Of a stretch of 64,000 nt of DNA, positions 43,751 to 52,890 are shown piece by piece. The translations under genes were made by a program, and so were the position numbers. Below the pieces are notes generated by a model. That model searched no databases and was not told where the DNA came from. It saw nothing but the letters and a program-made list of their open reading frames with translations. Origin of the DNA: Candidatus Cloacimonadales bacterium (lineage in GTDB: Bacteria; Cloacimonadota; Cloacimonadia; Cloacimonadales; DAONDQ01); contig OY759316.1 of assembly GCA_963662275.1 (NCBI GenBank), forward strand, positions 2,304,001 through 2,368,000, given 5' to 3'. Every line of letters begins with the position of its first letter. Position 1 is the stretch's first letter.

Positions 43751-43984
43751 AATAGTACGCAGCATATACTTCAGTATGTAACCCCTATTAATCCTACAAG
43801 AATGAAATTCCACAGCCTGTGGTGGATGCTCTGCAGAAAAGCAACGTAAACAATACTGCCACGATTCCTGAAGTAATCACCACCTGCACTTGTGGCAACT
43901 CCTTTAGGCTGTGTGGAAGCGACTTCAGGCGGTGAATGCTCTGCAGAAAAGCAGCGTAAACAATGCTGCCACGATTCCTGAAGT

Positions 43985-45845
43985 GAGACTGTTCATGAAG
44001 TTATTCATAATATTCAATAAGTTAGAAAGTAGCAAGTTGAAAAAAGTGGTCGAAACGGTCATAATTTAACATACCTTCCAGAATTGACAGATAAGCTCTG
44101 CTAAGGACACCAAATCACAAGTTAAGCTTTTTGACTAAAATTGAAAAACACGCGATTATAAGTAATGTTTCGAAGCCGTTTCTGACTAAATGTGTAGTTA
44201 AAATCATATAAAATAGTTCTTTACAAGTTTTTTGCTATAGCTTCAATGGCATTTGTTACCTGGTAACAAAAGGGAGGATATTATGACAAAAAAACACTCC
44301 AATTCAAGAAGCGGTAAGTGTTAGTCATGAAAGTAACCAATACCATGTAAGTATTAACGTACCATTTTCATTCACTTTGCCTGAGACAACATCAAACCAC
44401 AAGTTCTTAATAGCGTTTCTACGCTTATTAGTAGGAATAGGCGGAGACAACCTCCTTACACTTCAGCAAATAGCTGATCTGTTTAACTACGCAGACCGCA
44501 GGAATGTACATAATTTCTGGCAAGAGTTTGAGCAGCATGGTCATGATATCCTGGCATATTTAAGCCGGAAAGTTGACCTGCTGGAGTGTATTCCTCAGAT
44601 CGAGAATTTTGTTATCAATAACCTGCTTTTACCTTTAAATGTCATGTATCAGGAGTTCATCAGCCATCATGATTTTAAAATGTCCTATACCACTTTCTGC
44701 AAATATGCTTCTCAGGTCAATTCTCTGTCTGTAGTTAAGCAAGCTCAGAAGCTTCTTCTGAAAAAGACAGTAGGCGGTGATGCTGTACATCTGCTGAAAC
44801 TGCTTGCCGGTCAGCAGAATACACCTGTTATCTGTGACAGACTCCTGGAACAAATGAAGACTGCTAAAGGCAATACATCCCATAGAACCGCCGATGCAAA
44901 GCCGTTCCATAGTCTGGAACGCAAGAACCTGTGTCTGCTGGTACATTACCTGGTTGGAAGCGGTATGAACTTCGAGACGATAGCTTTGCTGCTCAACACC
45001 TGTAAAGCTACAGTCTCAAATCTCTGGCATGAAATCGCTGACCTGCAGAGCCTGATTCTGAACTCAATCGGTAAGTGGAGCGGAAAGATCAGCATTGATG
45101 AGAAATATGTGAAGATCAAAGGTATTCCGTACTATGTCATCAGTATTGTTGATTTTGTGACTCACATCCCTCTGTTTTGTGAGTTGTATCCTGACACAAA
45201 GAAAGAATCATTCGAAGCATGTTTCAGAACCTTCAGACAGCTCTACAGGAAAGATCCAACCCTGATTGTCAGTGATGGCAGTAAATCGTTAGCAGTTGCA
45301 AGAAAAACAGTGTTTCCAAAAGTCCATTACCAACTCTGTAAGTTCCATAAGATACGAAATCTCTTCAAAAGAATCAGTCAATGTCATCTCCCTGAAGACA
45401 GGGACAAGTTCTTTAAGAAGAGGATTATGAAAGCTTTCCGAAGAGAAACGGCGGGCGGAAGGAAAAAGGGTATCGCAAGCCTGACAGCTATTACTCCCCC
45501 AACCGCCGCCGAATACATCAAAAGCAATATCATTAGTGATTGGAGACACCTCAGCAAAGGTTTGACTTCCAATGTCTCTGAACGCTGGAACCGCAAAATC
45601 AAGAAGGTGACATCCGGTAGATTTGGACTAAAATCTGAAGAAACCACCCGCAACCTTGTGTTTTCGCTTTGGTTCAAAGAACTGGTCGATAAAGGTCAAC
45701 CAATCATGCGTCAGGAATCACTTTTAGCAAGTTTAAATATCTCCCGCATATGTCAAGAAAATGTGGATTGGTCGCACTTAGACCACTTTTTCTCTGTCAC
45801 TACCAATAAGGCTGCGTAAAATGGAGGTTAATTTTGAACAGTCTC
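43985..45845 (+). mobile_element. Mutator/IS256-like insertion sequence, copy 1 (1861 bp)
   Basis: TIR GAGACTGTTCA/TGAACAGTCTC; 8-bp TSD CCTGAAGT at 43977-43984 and 45846-45853; matching second copy at 50926. Confidence 0.9.
44377..45819 (+). CDS. DDE transposase, Mutator/IS256-like
   Basis: IDEKYVK, IVSDG, QLCKFH (CxxH), SNVSERWN; N-terminal HTH-like segments. Confidence 0.85.
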   Translation: MPETTSNHKFLIAFLRLLVGIGGDNLLTLQQIADLFNYADRRNVHNFWQEFEQHGHDILAYLSRKVDLLECIPQIENFVINNLLLPLNVMYQEFISHHDFKMSYTTFCKYASQVNSLSVVKQAQKLLLKKTVGGDAVHLLKLLAGQQNTPVICDRLLEQMKTAKGNTSHRTADAKPFHSLERKNLCLLVHYLVGSGMNFETIALLLNTCKATVSNLWHEIADLQSLILNSIGKWSGKISIDEKYVKIKGIPYYVISIVDFVTHIPLFCELYPDTKKESFEACFRTFRQLYRKDPTLIVSDGSKSLAVARKTVFPKVHYQLCKFHKIRNLFKRISQCHLPEDRDKFFKKRIMKAFRRETAGGRKKGIASLTAITPPTAAEYIKSNIISDWRHLSKGLTSNVSERWNRKIKKVTSGRFGLKSEETTRNLVFSLWFKELVDKGQPIMRQESLLASLNISRICQENVDWSHLDHFFSVTTNKAA

Positions 45846-45935
45846 CCTGAAGTAATCACCACAGATGAAAAACAAATTTATTGACATAGCATTGATACAT
45901 TTAAATATTTAAAAGTATCGGGATATGGAGGTAGC

Positions 45936-46625
45936 ATGAATACCAAAAATAACTACAAACAATATCATCGTGGAGATTTGCCACATATTCAACCTAAAGA
46001 TGGTACTTTTTTTATTACTTTTCGACTAGATATTCCATTATCACAAGAATTCTACTCACTCCTCATGAAGAAAAAGGAAGAAATTAATTCCTCAACATAC
46101 AACATAAAGGATCTTAATGAACGGAACGTAATGTACAATAAAAAACTTTTTGCGTTTAAGGATAACTACTTTGATAAATATCAGCATCAAGATAATATGC
46201 TAAAATACCCTAATATCGCGAAGCTTATTATTGATGAACTACATTACCAGGACAAAAAGCTGTTTGATTTATTTGCTTATACAGTGATGCCGAATCATGT
46301 TCATTTCCTAATCAAACCGTTAACAGATGAAAATGGACAGTATTATTCTATCTCAAAGATCATGAATCTGATAAAAGGAAGAAGTTCAAGGTTTATCAAT
46401 CTGGAATTGAAAAGGTCTGGGACATTATGGCAAAGAGAATACTATGATCATTATGTAAGAAATGAAACTGAATTACATAATATAATCAGGTATATAGCAT
46501 TAAATCCTGTGAAAGCTGGTTTCGTTAATAAGCCTAACGAATGGGACTGGACATGGGTTGCGCAGGAGTTTATTAACCTTTTGGATGATGATTCAGTAAA
46601 AGAGGCGATTGCATTCTGGGGGTAG
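45936..46625 (+). CDS. REP-associated tyrosine transposase (RAYT/TnpA-REP, HUH Y1)
   Basis: LPH...FFITFRL, VMPNHVHFL (HUH), LWQREYYDHYVR, YIALNPVKAG; flanked on both sides by the repeat array. Confidence 0.92.
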   Translation: MNTKNNYKQYHRGDLPHIQPKDGTFFITFRLDIPLSQEFYSLLMKKKEEINSSTYNIKDLNERNVMYNKKLFAFKDNYFDKYQHQDNMLKYPNIAKLIIDELHYQDKKLFDLFAYTVMPNHVHFLIKPLTDENGQYYSISKIMNLIKGRSSRFINLELKRSGTLWQREYYDHYVRNETELHNIIRYIALNPVKAGFVNKPNEWDWTWVAQEFINLLDDDSVKEAIAFWG

Positions 46626-48354
46626 GCAGAAAAGCAACGTAAACAATGCTGCCACGATTCCTGAAGTAATCACCACCTGCATTTGTGGCAACTCCTTTAG
46701 GCTGTGTGGAGGCGACTTCAGGCGATGAATGCTCTGCAGAAAAGCAGCGTAAACAATGCTGCCACGATTCCTGAAGTAATCACCACCTGCACTTGTGGCA
46801 ACTCCTTTAGGCTGTGTGGAAGCGACTTCAGGCGGTGGATGCTCTGCAGAAAAGCAACGTAAACAATGCTGCCACGATTCCTGAAGTAATCACCACTTTC
46901 TCTCGTGGCAACTCCTTTAGGCTGTGTGTAAATCAATTGTGGCAACTCCTTTAGGCTGTGTAGAGGCGACTTCAGGCGGTGGATGCTCTGCAGAAAAGCA
47001 ACGTAAACAATGCTGCCACGATTCCTGAAGTAATCACCACTTTCTCTCGTGGCGACTCCTTTAGGCTGTGTGGAGGCGACTTCAGGTGGTGAATGCTCTG
47101 CAGAAAAGCAGCGTAAACAATGCTGCCACGATTCCTGAAGTAATCACCACTTTCTCTCGTGGCGACTCCTTTAGGCTGTGTGGAGGCGACTTCAGGCGAT
47201 GAATGCTCTGCAGAAAAGCAACGTAAACAATGCTGCCACGATTCCTGAAGTAATCACCACTTTCTCTCGTGGCGACTCCTTTAGGCTGTGTGGAGGCGAC
47301 TTCAGGCGATGAATGCTCTGCAGAAAAGCAACGTAAACAATGCTGCCACGATTCCTGAAGTAATCACCACTTTCTCTCGTGGCAACTCCTTTAGGCTGTG
47401 TGGAAATCAATTGTGGCAACTCCTTTAGGCTGTATGGAGGCGACTTTAGGCGGTTGATACTCTGCAGAAAAGCAACGTAAACAATGCTGCCACGATTCCT
47501 GAAGTAATCACCACCTGCATTTGTGGCAACTCCTTTAGGCTGTGTGTAAATCAATTGTGGCAACTCCTTTAGGCTGTGTAGAGGCGACTTCAGGCGGTGG
47601 ATGCTCTGCAGAAAAGCAACGTAAACAATGCTGCCACGATTCCTGAAGTAATCACCACCTGCACTTGTGGCAACTCCTTTAGGCTGTGTGTAAATCAATT
47701 GTGGCAACTCCTTTAGGCTGTGTAGAGGCGACTTCAGGCGGTGGATGCTCTGCAGAAAAGCAACGTAAACAATGCTGCCACGATTCCTGAAGTAATCACC
47801 ACCTGCATTTGTGGCAACTCCTTTAGTAAGCTGTAGAGGCGACTTCAGGTGGTGAATGCTCTGCAGAAAAGCAGCGTAAACAATGCTGCCACGATTCCTG
47901 AAGTAATCACCACTTTCTCTCGTGGCGACTCCTTTAGGCTGTGTGAAGGCGACTTCAGGCGGTGAATGCTCTGCAGAAAAGCAGCGTTAACGATGCTGCC
48001 ACGATTCCTGAAGTAATCACCACTTTCTCTCGTGGCGACTCCTTTAGTAAGCTGTAGAGGCGACTTCAGGTGGTGAATGCTCTGCAGAAAAGCAGCGTAA
48101 ACAATGCTGCCACGATTCCTGAAGTAATCACCACTTTCTCTCGTGGCGACTCCTTTAGGCTGTGTGGAAGCGACTTCAGGCGGTGAATGCTCTGCAGAAA
48201 AGCAACGTAAACAATGCTGCCACGATTCCTGAAGTAATCACCACTTTCTCTCGTGGCGACTCCTTTAGGCTGTGTGGAAATCAATTGTGGCAACTCCTTT
48301 AGGCTGATATAGTTAGATAGTTATATATTATAATATATTCATAGTACTTGGCTT

Positions 48355-48684
48355 TCTGGAACCCTGCAATGACGCGTAGGGTACCGAAGCGTCATTGCAG
48401 GGTTCCAGAGACGCTGATTTTCGATCTGAATTCTATGATTAAATCGAATATTACTTATCAAAGCTCTCTTGGTTCTACATCCCGATCTTGCTGATATACT
48501 GGATTACCTTCTGATGGTATCCTATTCTTACTTTATCCTATCTGAGATAATACCCGCCGGTGTGCTATAATGAGCTATGGTAGAAGGTCTTGTAAACAAG
48601 CCTTAGTGCCTAATGACTACATCATCCGGCGAGTGAACCAATCTAAACACCTCCATTATTTTTTGACTACTTTTTTTTCTTGGC
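48355..48684 (-). ncRNA. Putative IS110 bridge/seek RNA
   Basis: Two internal-loop domains whose segments match the target repeat (48555-48631) and the element's circle junction (48485-48548), then a 21-bp perfect hairpin (48355-48409); RNA boundaries uncertain. Confidence 0.7.
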
Positions 48685-49962
48685 TCACTGATTATTTTCA
48701 GTTAAATAACCTGCATATAGCTTTCGCTGTTCAGGATCAAACGACCTTTCATATTTAACCATTGAGTACATGATTCCCAGTAATTTACTGCTCAAAGAAA
48801 CGATAGTTTTGACCTTGTTATTACCTCGCTTTTTTACTTGATAATTATATATCTGATTGATTAATTGATTGTTTATAATCATTTCCAGAGTAAGCATATA
48901 CAAGATCCTTCGCAACCTTACTCTTCCTACCTTAGAGATATGATATTGCCCATGGTATTCTCCTGATTGATTGTGTTTTAAACTCAATCCGGCAAGTTTG
49001 ACTAAATCCTGATATCGACCATATTGATTGATATCTCCAGTCTCCGCCAGAATTAACCCCACTGATACTTTACTCAAACCAGGTATTGTCACCAATAACG
49101 ATCCATAACTGATTTTATCTACACATGTCATGATTGCTGTTTTGATTTGTTTGAGATGGTATTGTTTATAGCTGATATCCTCATAGATCGCATTTATGAC
49201 CACTCTCGCACTATCCGCTCCCTGACTCATGCCAATACTTGTTAGAGATACCTGATATAAACTGTGAAGCTTCTCTGTAGCTATGCACCCTTTGCTTTTT
49301 GTTTTCATAATCTTCAGAAAATTCTCATATCCTGCATTTACGATATCCTGAGGAAGAGGAAAACACTCCATGATATACATTACTCCCGTACTGTTAAATT
49401 TGAAAAAGTTACTCAATTCAGGAAAGTAACAGGCATAAGAGGCTTCCAGATAGTTCCTCTGCCTGCGAATATCTGTGATTAACTGGTGATAATAAGCTGC
49501 ATAGTTGTTCAACTCCGCGAAAACACCTTCAGGTCTCCGATGATGGATGCTCTTGCCCATTCTTAACAGAGAGGTAATGATAATACTGTCTTTCAAATCA
49601 TTCTTGGATGGATGATTATCTTCAATATCCTTCCATCTTTTAGTGTGTAATGGGTTGATGCTTTGGATTTGATAGCAGCGTTCTTCCAAGAAGTACTGGA
49701 GTGGCTTTACATATGAACCTGTTGGTTCCATTCCAAATACAATCTCGTTCAGATTCCACAAACGCTTTTGCTGTTCTGCTTCTTTTAGCAGATACTGAAA
49801 ACCATCATGATTGTTTGTAATAAAAAATGGCTTACGCTTCCGTTCACCTGTAAAATCACAAAAATACACACTGTGTTTGTGCTTGCTGATATCAATGCCA
49901 ACAAGCATCATTTCTGAGTTGACAAAAAACCTCTTTGGGTTAGATTTTGATGTGGTAATCAT
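48685..49962 (-). CDS. IS110 family DEDD recombinase/transposase
   Basis: VGIDISK, GMEPTG, KNDLKDS (DEDD); C-terminal IPG...AETGD..LAGL...QSG motif. Confidence 0.95.
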   Translation of the reverse strand: MITTSKSNPKRFFVNSEMMLVGIDISKHKHSVYFCDFTGERKRKPFFITNNHDGFQYLLKEAEQQKRLWNLNEIVFGMEPTGSYVKPLQYFLEERCYQIQSINPLHTKRWKDIEDNHPSKNDLKDSIIITSLLRMGKSIHHRRPEGVFAELNNYAAYYHQLITDIRRQRNYLEASYACYFPELSNFFKFNSTGVMYIMECFPLPQDIVNAGYENFLKIMKTKSKGCIATEKLHSLYQVSLTSIGMSQGADSARVVINAIYEDISYKQYHLKQIKTAIMTCVDKISYGSLLVTIPGLSKVSVGLILAETGDINQYGRYQDLVKLAGLSLKHNQSGEYHGQYHISKVGRVRLRRILYMLTLEMIINNQLINQIYNYQVKKRGNNKVKTIVSLSSKLLGIMYSMVKYERSFDPEQRKLYAGYLTENNQ

Positions 49963-50363
49963 TGTTACCTCCTTTGTTGATTTGATCTATGTATATCAAC
50001 GAGGGAGGTTTTTCTACCTTAATTTTCTAACCTTCCTATAGTAAGCTGTGTGGAAGCGACTTCAGGCGGTGAATGCTCTGCAGAAAAGCAGCGTTAACGA
50101 TGCTGCCACGATTCCTGAAGTAATCACCACTTTCTCTCGTGGCAACTCCTTTAGGCTGTGTGGAGGCGACTTCAGGCGATGAATGCTCTGCAGAAAAGCA
50201 ACGTAAACAATGCTGCCACGATTCCTGAAGTAATCACCACTTTCTCTCGTGGCAACTCCTTTAGGCTGTGTGGAAATCAATTGTGGCAACTCCTTTAGGC
50301 TGTGTGGAGGCGACTTCAGGGGGTGAATGCTCTGCAGAAAAGCAGCGTAAACAATGCTGCCAC

Positions 50364-50518
50364 CGCATACAGTTGGACTTCGAATCACTTTCGATATTGA
50401 ATGTACCATTTCCTAAGTTTTTCAGAATTTTGATGTTACCTGAGGTTGTGCTTCCTGATACAATGAGATCCTGATCACTATCTAAATCAAGATCTGAAGT
50501 TGTAAATTGTCTCGGCAT
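50364..50518 (-). pseudogene. FG-GAP/VCBS repeat gene fragment truncated by the array
   Basis: DLDLDSDQDLIVS...ILKNLGNGTF reading runs directly into array sequence. Confidence 0.5.
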
Positions 50519-50798
50519 TCCAATTATCCTTCTTTTTTTTACCTCAACCCTTAATCAATTGTATAGATTCCCGCCTGCTCAGGAATGACAGGAGCATAGA
50601 TTTATCAGAGCTTATTAGTTAAAGCCTTAGTGGAGATTATCAGGCACTAAGGGAATGTTTAGAGGTCGGGACGACACTCTCACAAAACAGACAAGACTGA
50701 CTGTGCTACTGGTCACAATCACAATTCATTCCCCAAAGATACTACCACTCTAAATCCAATTCTTTACCAATTACATACTAATCTCAAACCAGTTTGAC

Positions 50799-50853
50799 GA
50801 AACAGGAATGAAACAGGATTGAAACAGGATTGAAACTGGTATGAACTTGGTAT
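50799..50853. repeat. 11-bp tandem repeat (GAAACAGGAWT-like)x5, degenerating
   Basis: Seen directly. Confidence 0.75.
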
Positions 50854-50925
50854 AAATAAAGTAGAATGATAGTTGTTCATGGTCTGTTAGTATATCTCCG
50901 GAAGCATGAAAGATGGCAAATGAAA

Positions 50926-52786
50926 GAGACTGTTCATGAAGTTATTCATAATATTCAATAAGTTAGAAAGTAGCAAGTTGAAAAAAGTGGTCGAAACGGT
51001 CATAATTTAACATACCTTCCAGAATTGACAGATAAGCTCTGCTAAGGACACCAAATCACAAGTTAAGCTTTTTGACTAAAATTGAAAAACACGCGATTAT
51101 AAGTAATGTTTCGAAGCCGTTTCTGACTAAATGTGTAGTTAAAATCATATAAAATAGTTCTTTACAAGTTTTTTGCTATAGCTTCAATGGCATTTGTTAC
51201 CTGGTAACAAAAGGGAGGATATTATGACAAAAAAACACTCCAATTCAAGAAGCGGTAAGTGTTAGTCATGAAAGTAACCAATACCATGTAAGTATTAACG
51301 TACCATTTTCATTCACTTTGCCTGAGACAACATCAAACCACAAGTTCTTAATAGCGTTTCTACGCTTATTAGTAGGAATAGGCGGAGACAACCTCCTTAC
51401 ACTTCAGCAAATAGCTGATCTGTTTAACTACGCAGACCGCAGGAATGTACATAATTTCTGGCAAGAGTTTGAGCAGCATGGTCATGATATCCTGGCATAT
51501 TTAAGCCGGAAAGTTGACCTGCTGGAGTGTATTCCTCAGATCGAGAATTTTGTTATCAATAACCTGCTTTTACCTTTAAATGTCATGTATCAGGAGTTCA
51601 TCAGCCATCATGATTTTAAAATGTCCTATACCACTTTCTGCAAATATGCTTCTCAGGTCAATTCTCTGTCTGTAGTTAAGCAAGCTCAGAAGCTTCTTCT
51701 GAAAAAGACAGTAGGCGGTGATGCTGTACATCTGCTGAAACTGCTTGCCGGTCAGCAGAATACACCTGTTATCTGTGACAGACTCCTGGAACAAATGAAG
51801 ACTGCTAAAGGCAATACATCCCATAGAACCGCCGATGCAAAGCCGTTCCATAGTCTGGAACGCAAGAACCTGTGTCTGCTGGTACATTACCTGGTTGGAA
51901 GCGGTATGAACTTCGAGACGATAGCTTTGCTGCTCAACACCTGTAAAGCTACAGTCTCAAATCTCTGGCATGAAATCGCTGACCTGCAGAGCCTGATTCT
52001 GAACTCAATCGGTAAGTGGAGCGGAAAGATCAGCATTGATGAGAAATATGTGAAGATCAAAGGTATTCCGTACTATGTCATCAGTATTGTTGATTTTGTG
52101 ACTCACATCCCTCTGTTTTGTGAGTTGTATCCTGACACAAAGAAAGAATCATTCGAAGCATGTTTCAGAACCTTCAGACAGCTCTACAGGAAAGATCCAA
52201 CCCTGATTGTCAGTGATGGCAGTAAATCGTTAGCAGTTGCAAGAAAAACAGTGTTTCCAAAAGTCCATTACCAACTCTGTAAGTTCCATAAGATACGAAA
52301 TCTCTTCAAAAGAATCAGTCAATGTCATCTCCCTGAAGACAGGGACAAGTTCTTTAAGAAGAGGATTATGAAAGCTTTCCGAAGAGAAACGGCGGGCGGA
52401 AGGAAAAAGGGTATCGCAAGCCTGACAGCTATTACTCCCCCAACCGCCGCCGAATACATCAAAAGCAATATCATTAGTGATTGGAGACACCTCAGCAAAG
52501 GTTTGACTTCCAATGTCTCTGAACGCTGGAACCGCAAAATCAAGAAGGTGACATCCGGTAGATTTGGACTAAAATCTGAAGAAACCACCCGCAACCTTGT
52601 GTTTTCGCTTTGGTTCAAAGAACTGGTCGATAAAGGTCAACCAATCATGCGTCAGGAATCACTTTTAGCAAGTTTAAATATCTCCCGCATATGTCAAGAA
52701 AATGTGGATTGGTCGCACTTAGACCACTTTTTCTCTGTCACTACCAATAAGGCTGCGTAAAATGGAGGTTAATTTTGAACAGTCTC
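50926..52786 (+). mobile_element. Mutator/IS256-like insertion sequence, copy 2
   Basis: Same TIRs, length and protein as copy 1; 8-bp TSD AAATGAAA at 50918-50925 and 52787-52794. Confidence 0.9.
51318..52760 (+). CDS. DDE transposase, Mutator/IS256-like (same protein as 44377-45819)
   Basis: Identical translation. Confidence 0.85.
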   Translation: MPETTSNHKFLIAFLRLLVGIGGDNLLTLQQIADLFNYADRRNVHNFWQEFEQHGHDILAYLSRKVDLLECIPQIENFVINNLLLPLNVMYQEFISHHDFKMSYTTFCKYASQVNSLSVVKQAQKLLLKKTVGGDAVHLLKLLAGQQNTPVICDRLLEQMKTAKGNTSHRTADAKPFHSLERKNLCLLVHYLVGSGMNFETIALLLNTCKATVSNLWHEIADLQSLILNSIGKWSGKISIDEKYVKIKGIPYYVISIVDFVTHIPLFCELYPDTKKESFEACFRTFRQLYRKDPTLIVSDGSKSLAVARKTVFPKVHYQLCKFHKIRNLFKRISQCHLPEDRDKFFKKRIMKAFRRETAGGRKKGIASLTAITPPTAAEYIKSNIISDWRHLSKGLTSNVSERWNRKIKKVTSGRFGLKSEETTRNLVFSLWFKELVDKGQPIMRQESLLASLNISRICQENVDWSHLDHFFSVTTNKAA

Positions 52787-52890
52787 AAATGAAAGATAGA
52801 AGGGATTAGATGATAATCAATTGACAAGATCGCAGGATATAATGATTGGGATGATAATTAATGATTCGGTATAAGCCAAAGTGAGACAAA

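Larger units (their letters stand above)
48307..50044 (-). mobile_element. IS110-family element (IS1111-like layout, non-coding region 3' of the recombinase) inserted in an array unit
   Basis: Array sequence TCCTTTAG-GCTG resumes as GCTG-TGTGG after the element; GCTG present at both junctions (48303-48306, 50045-50048); no long TIR. Confidence 0.9.
43820..50363. repeat. RAYT-associated tandem array, 19 units of 110/111/144 bp, interrupted by an IS, the RAYT gene and an IS110
   Basis: Anchor CTGCAGAAAAGCA at 43831, 43941, 46626 (partial), 46734, 46844, 46988, 47098, 47208, 47318, 47462, 47606, 47750, 47861, 47971, 48082, 48192, 50078, 50188, 50332. Confidence 0.95.

Noticed and set aside
45936..46625. 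IS200/IS605 TnpA with TnpB
   Set aside because: 229-aa length and the WQREYYDH/NPVKAG motifs fit RAYT, and no tnpB is adjacent
46626..50363. Array as a CRISPR
   Set aside because: No unique spacers (variable positions recur among a few alleles), units are 110-144 bp, and there are no cas genes
46718..50409. Repetitive minus-strand ORFs (MPQLI...) in the array
   Set aside because: By-products of the tandem repeat: the 110-bp period is not a multiple of 3, starts are TTG without RBS, and frames switch between units
43985..52786. Composite transposon formed by the two IS copies around RAYT and IS110
   Set aside because: Each copy has its own different 8-bp TSD, so they are independent insertions
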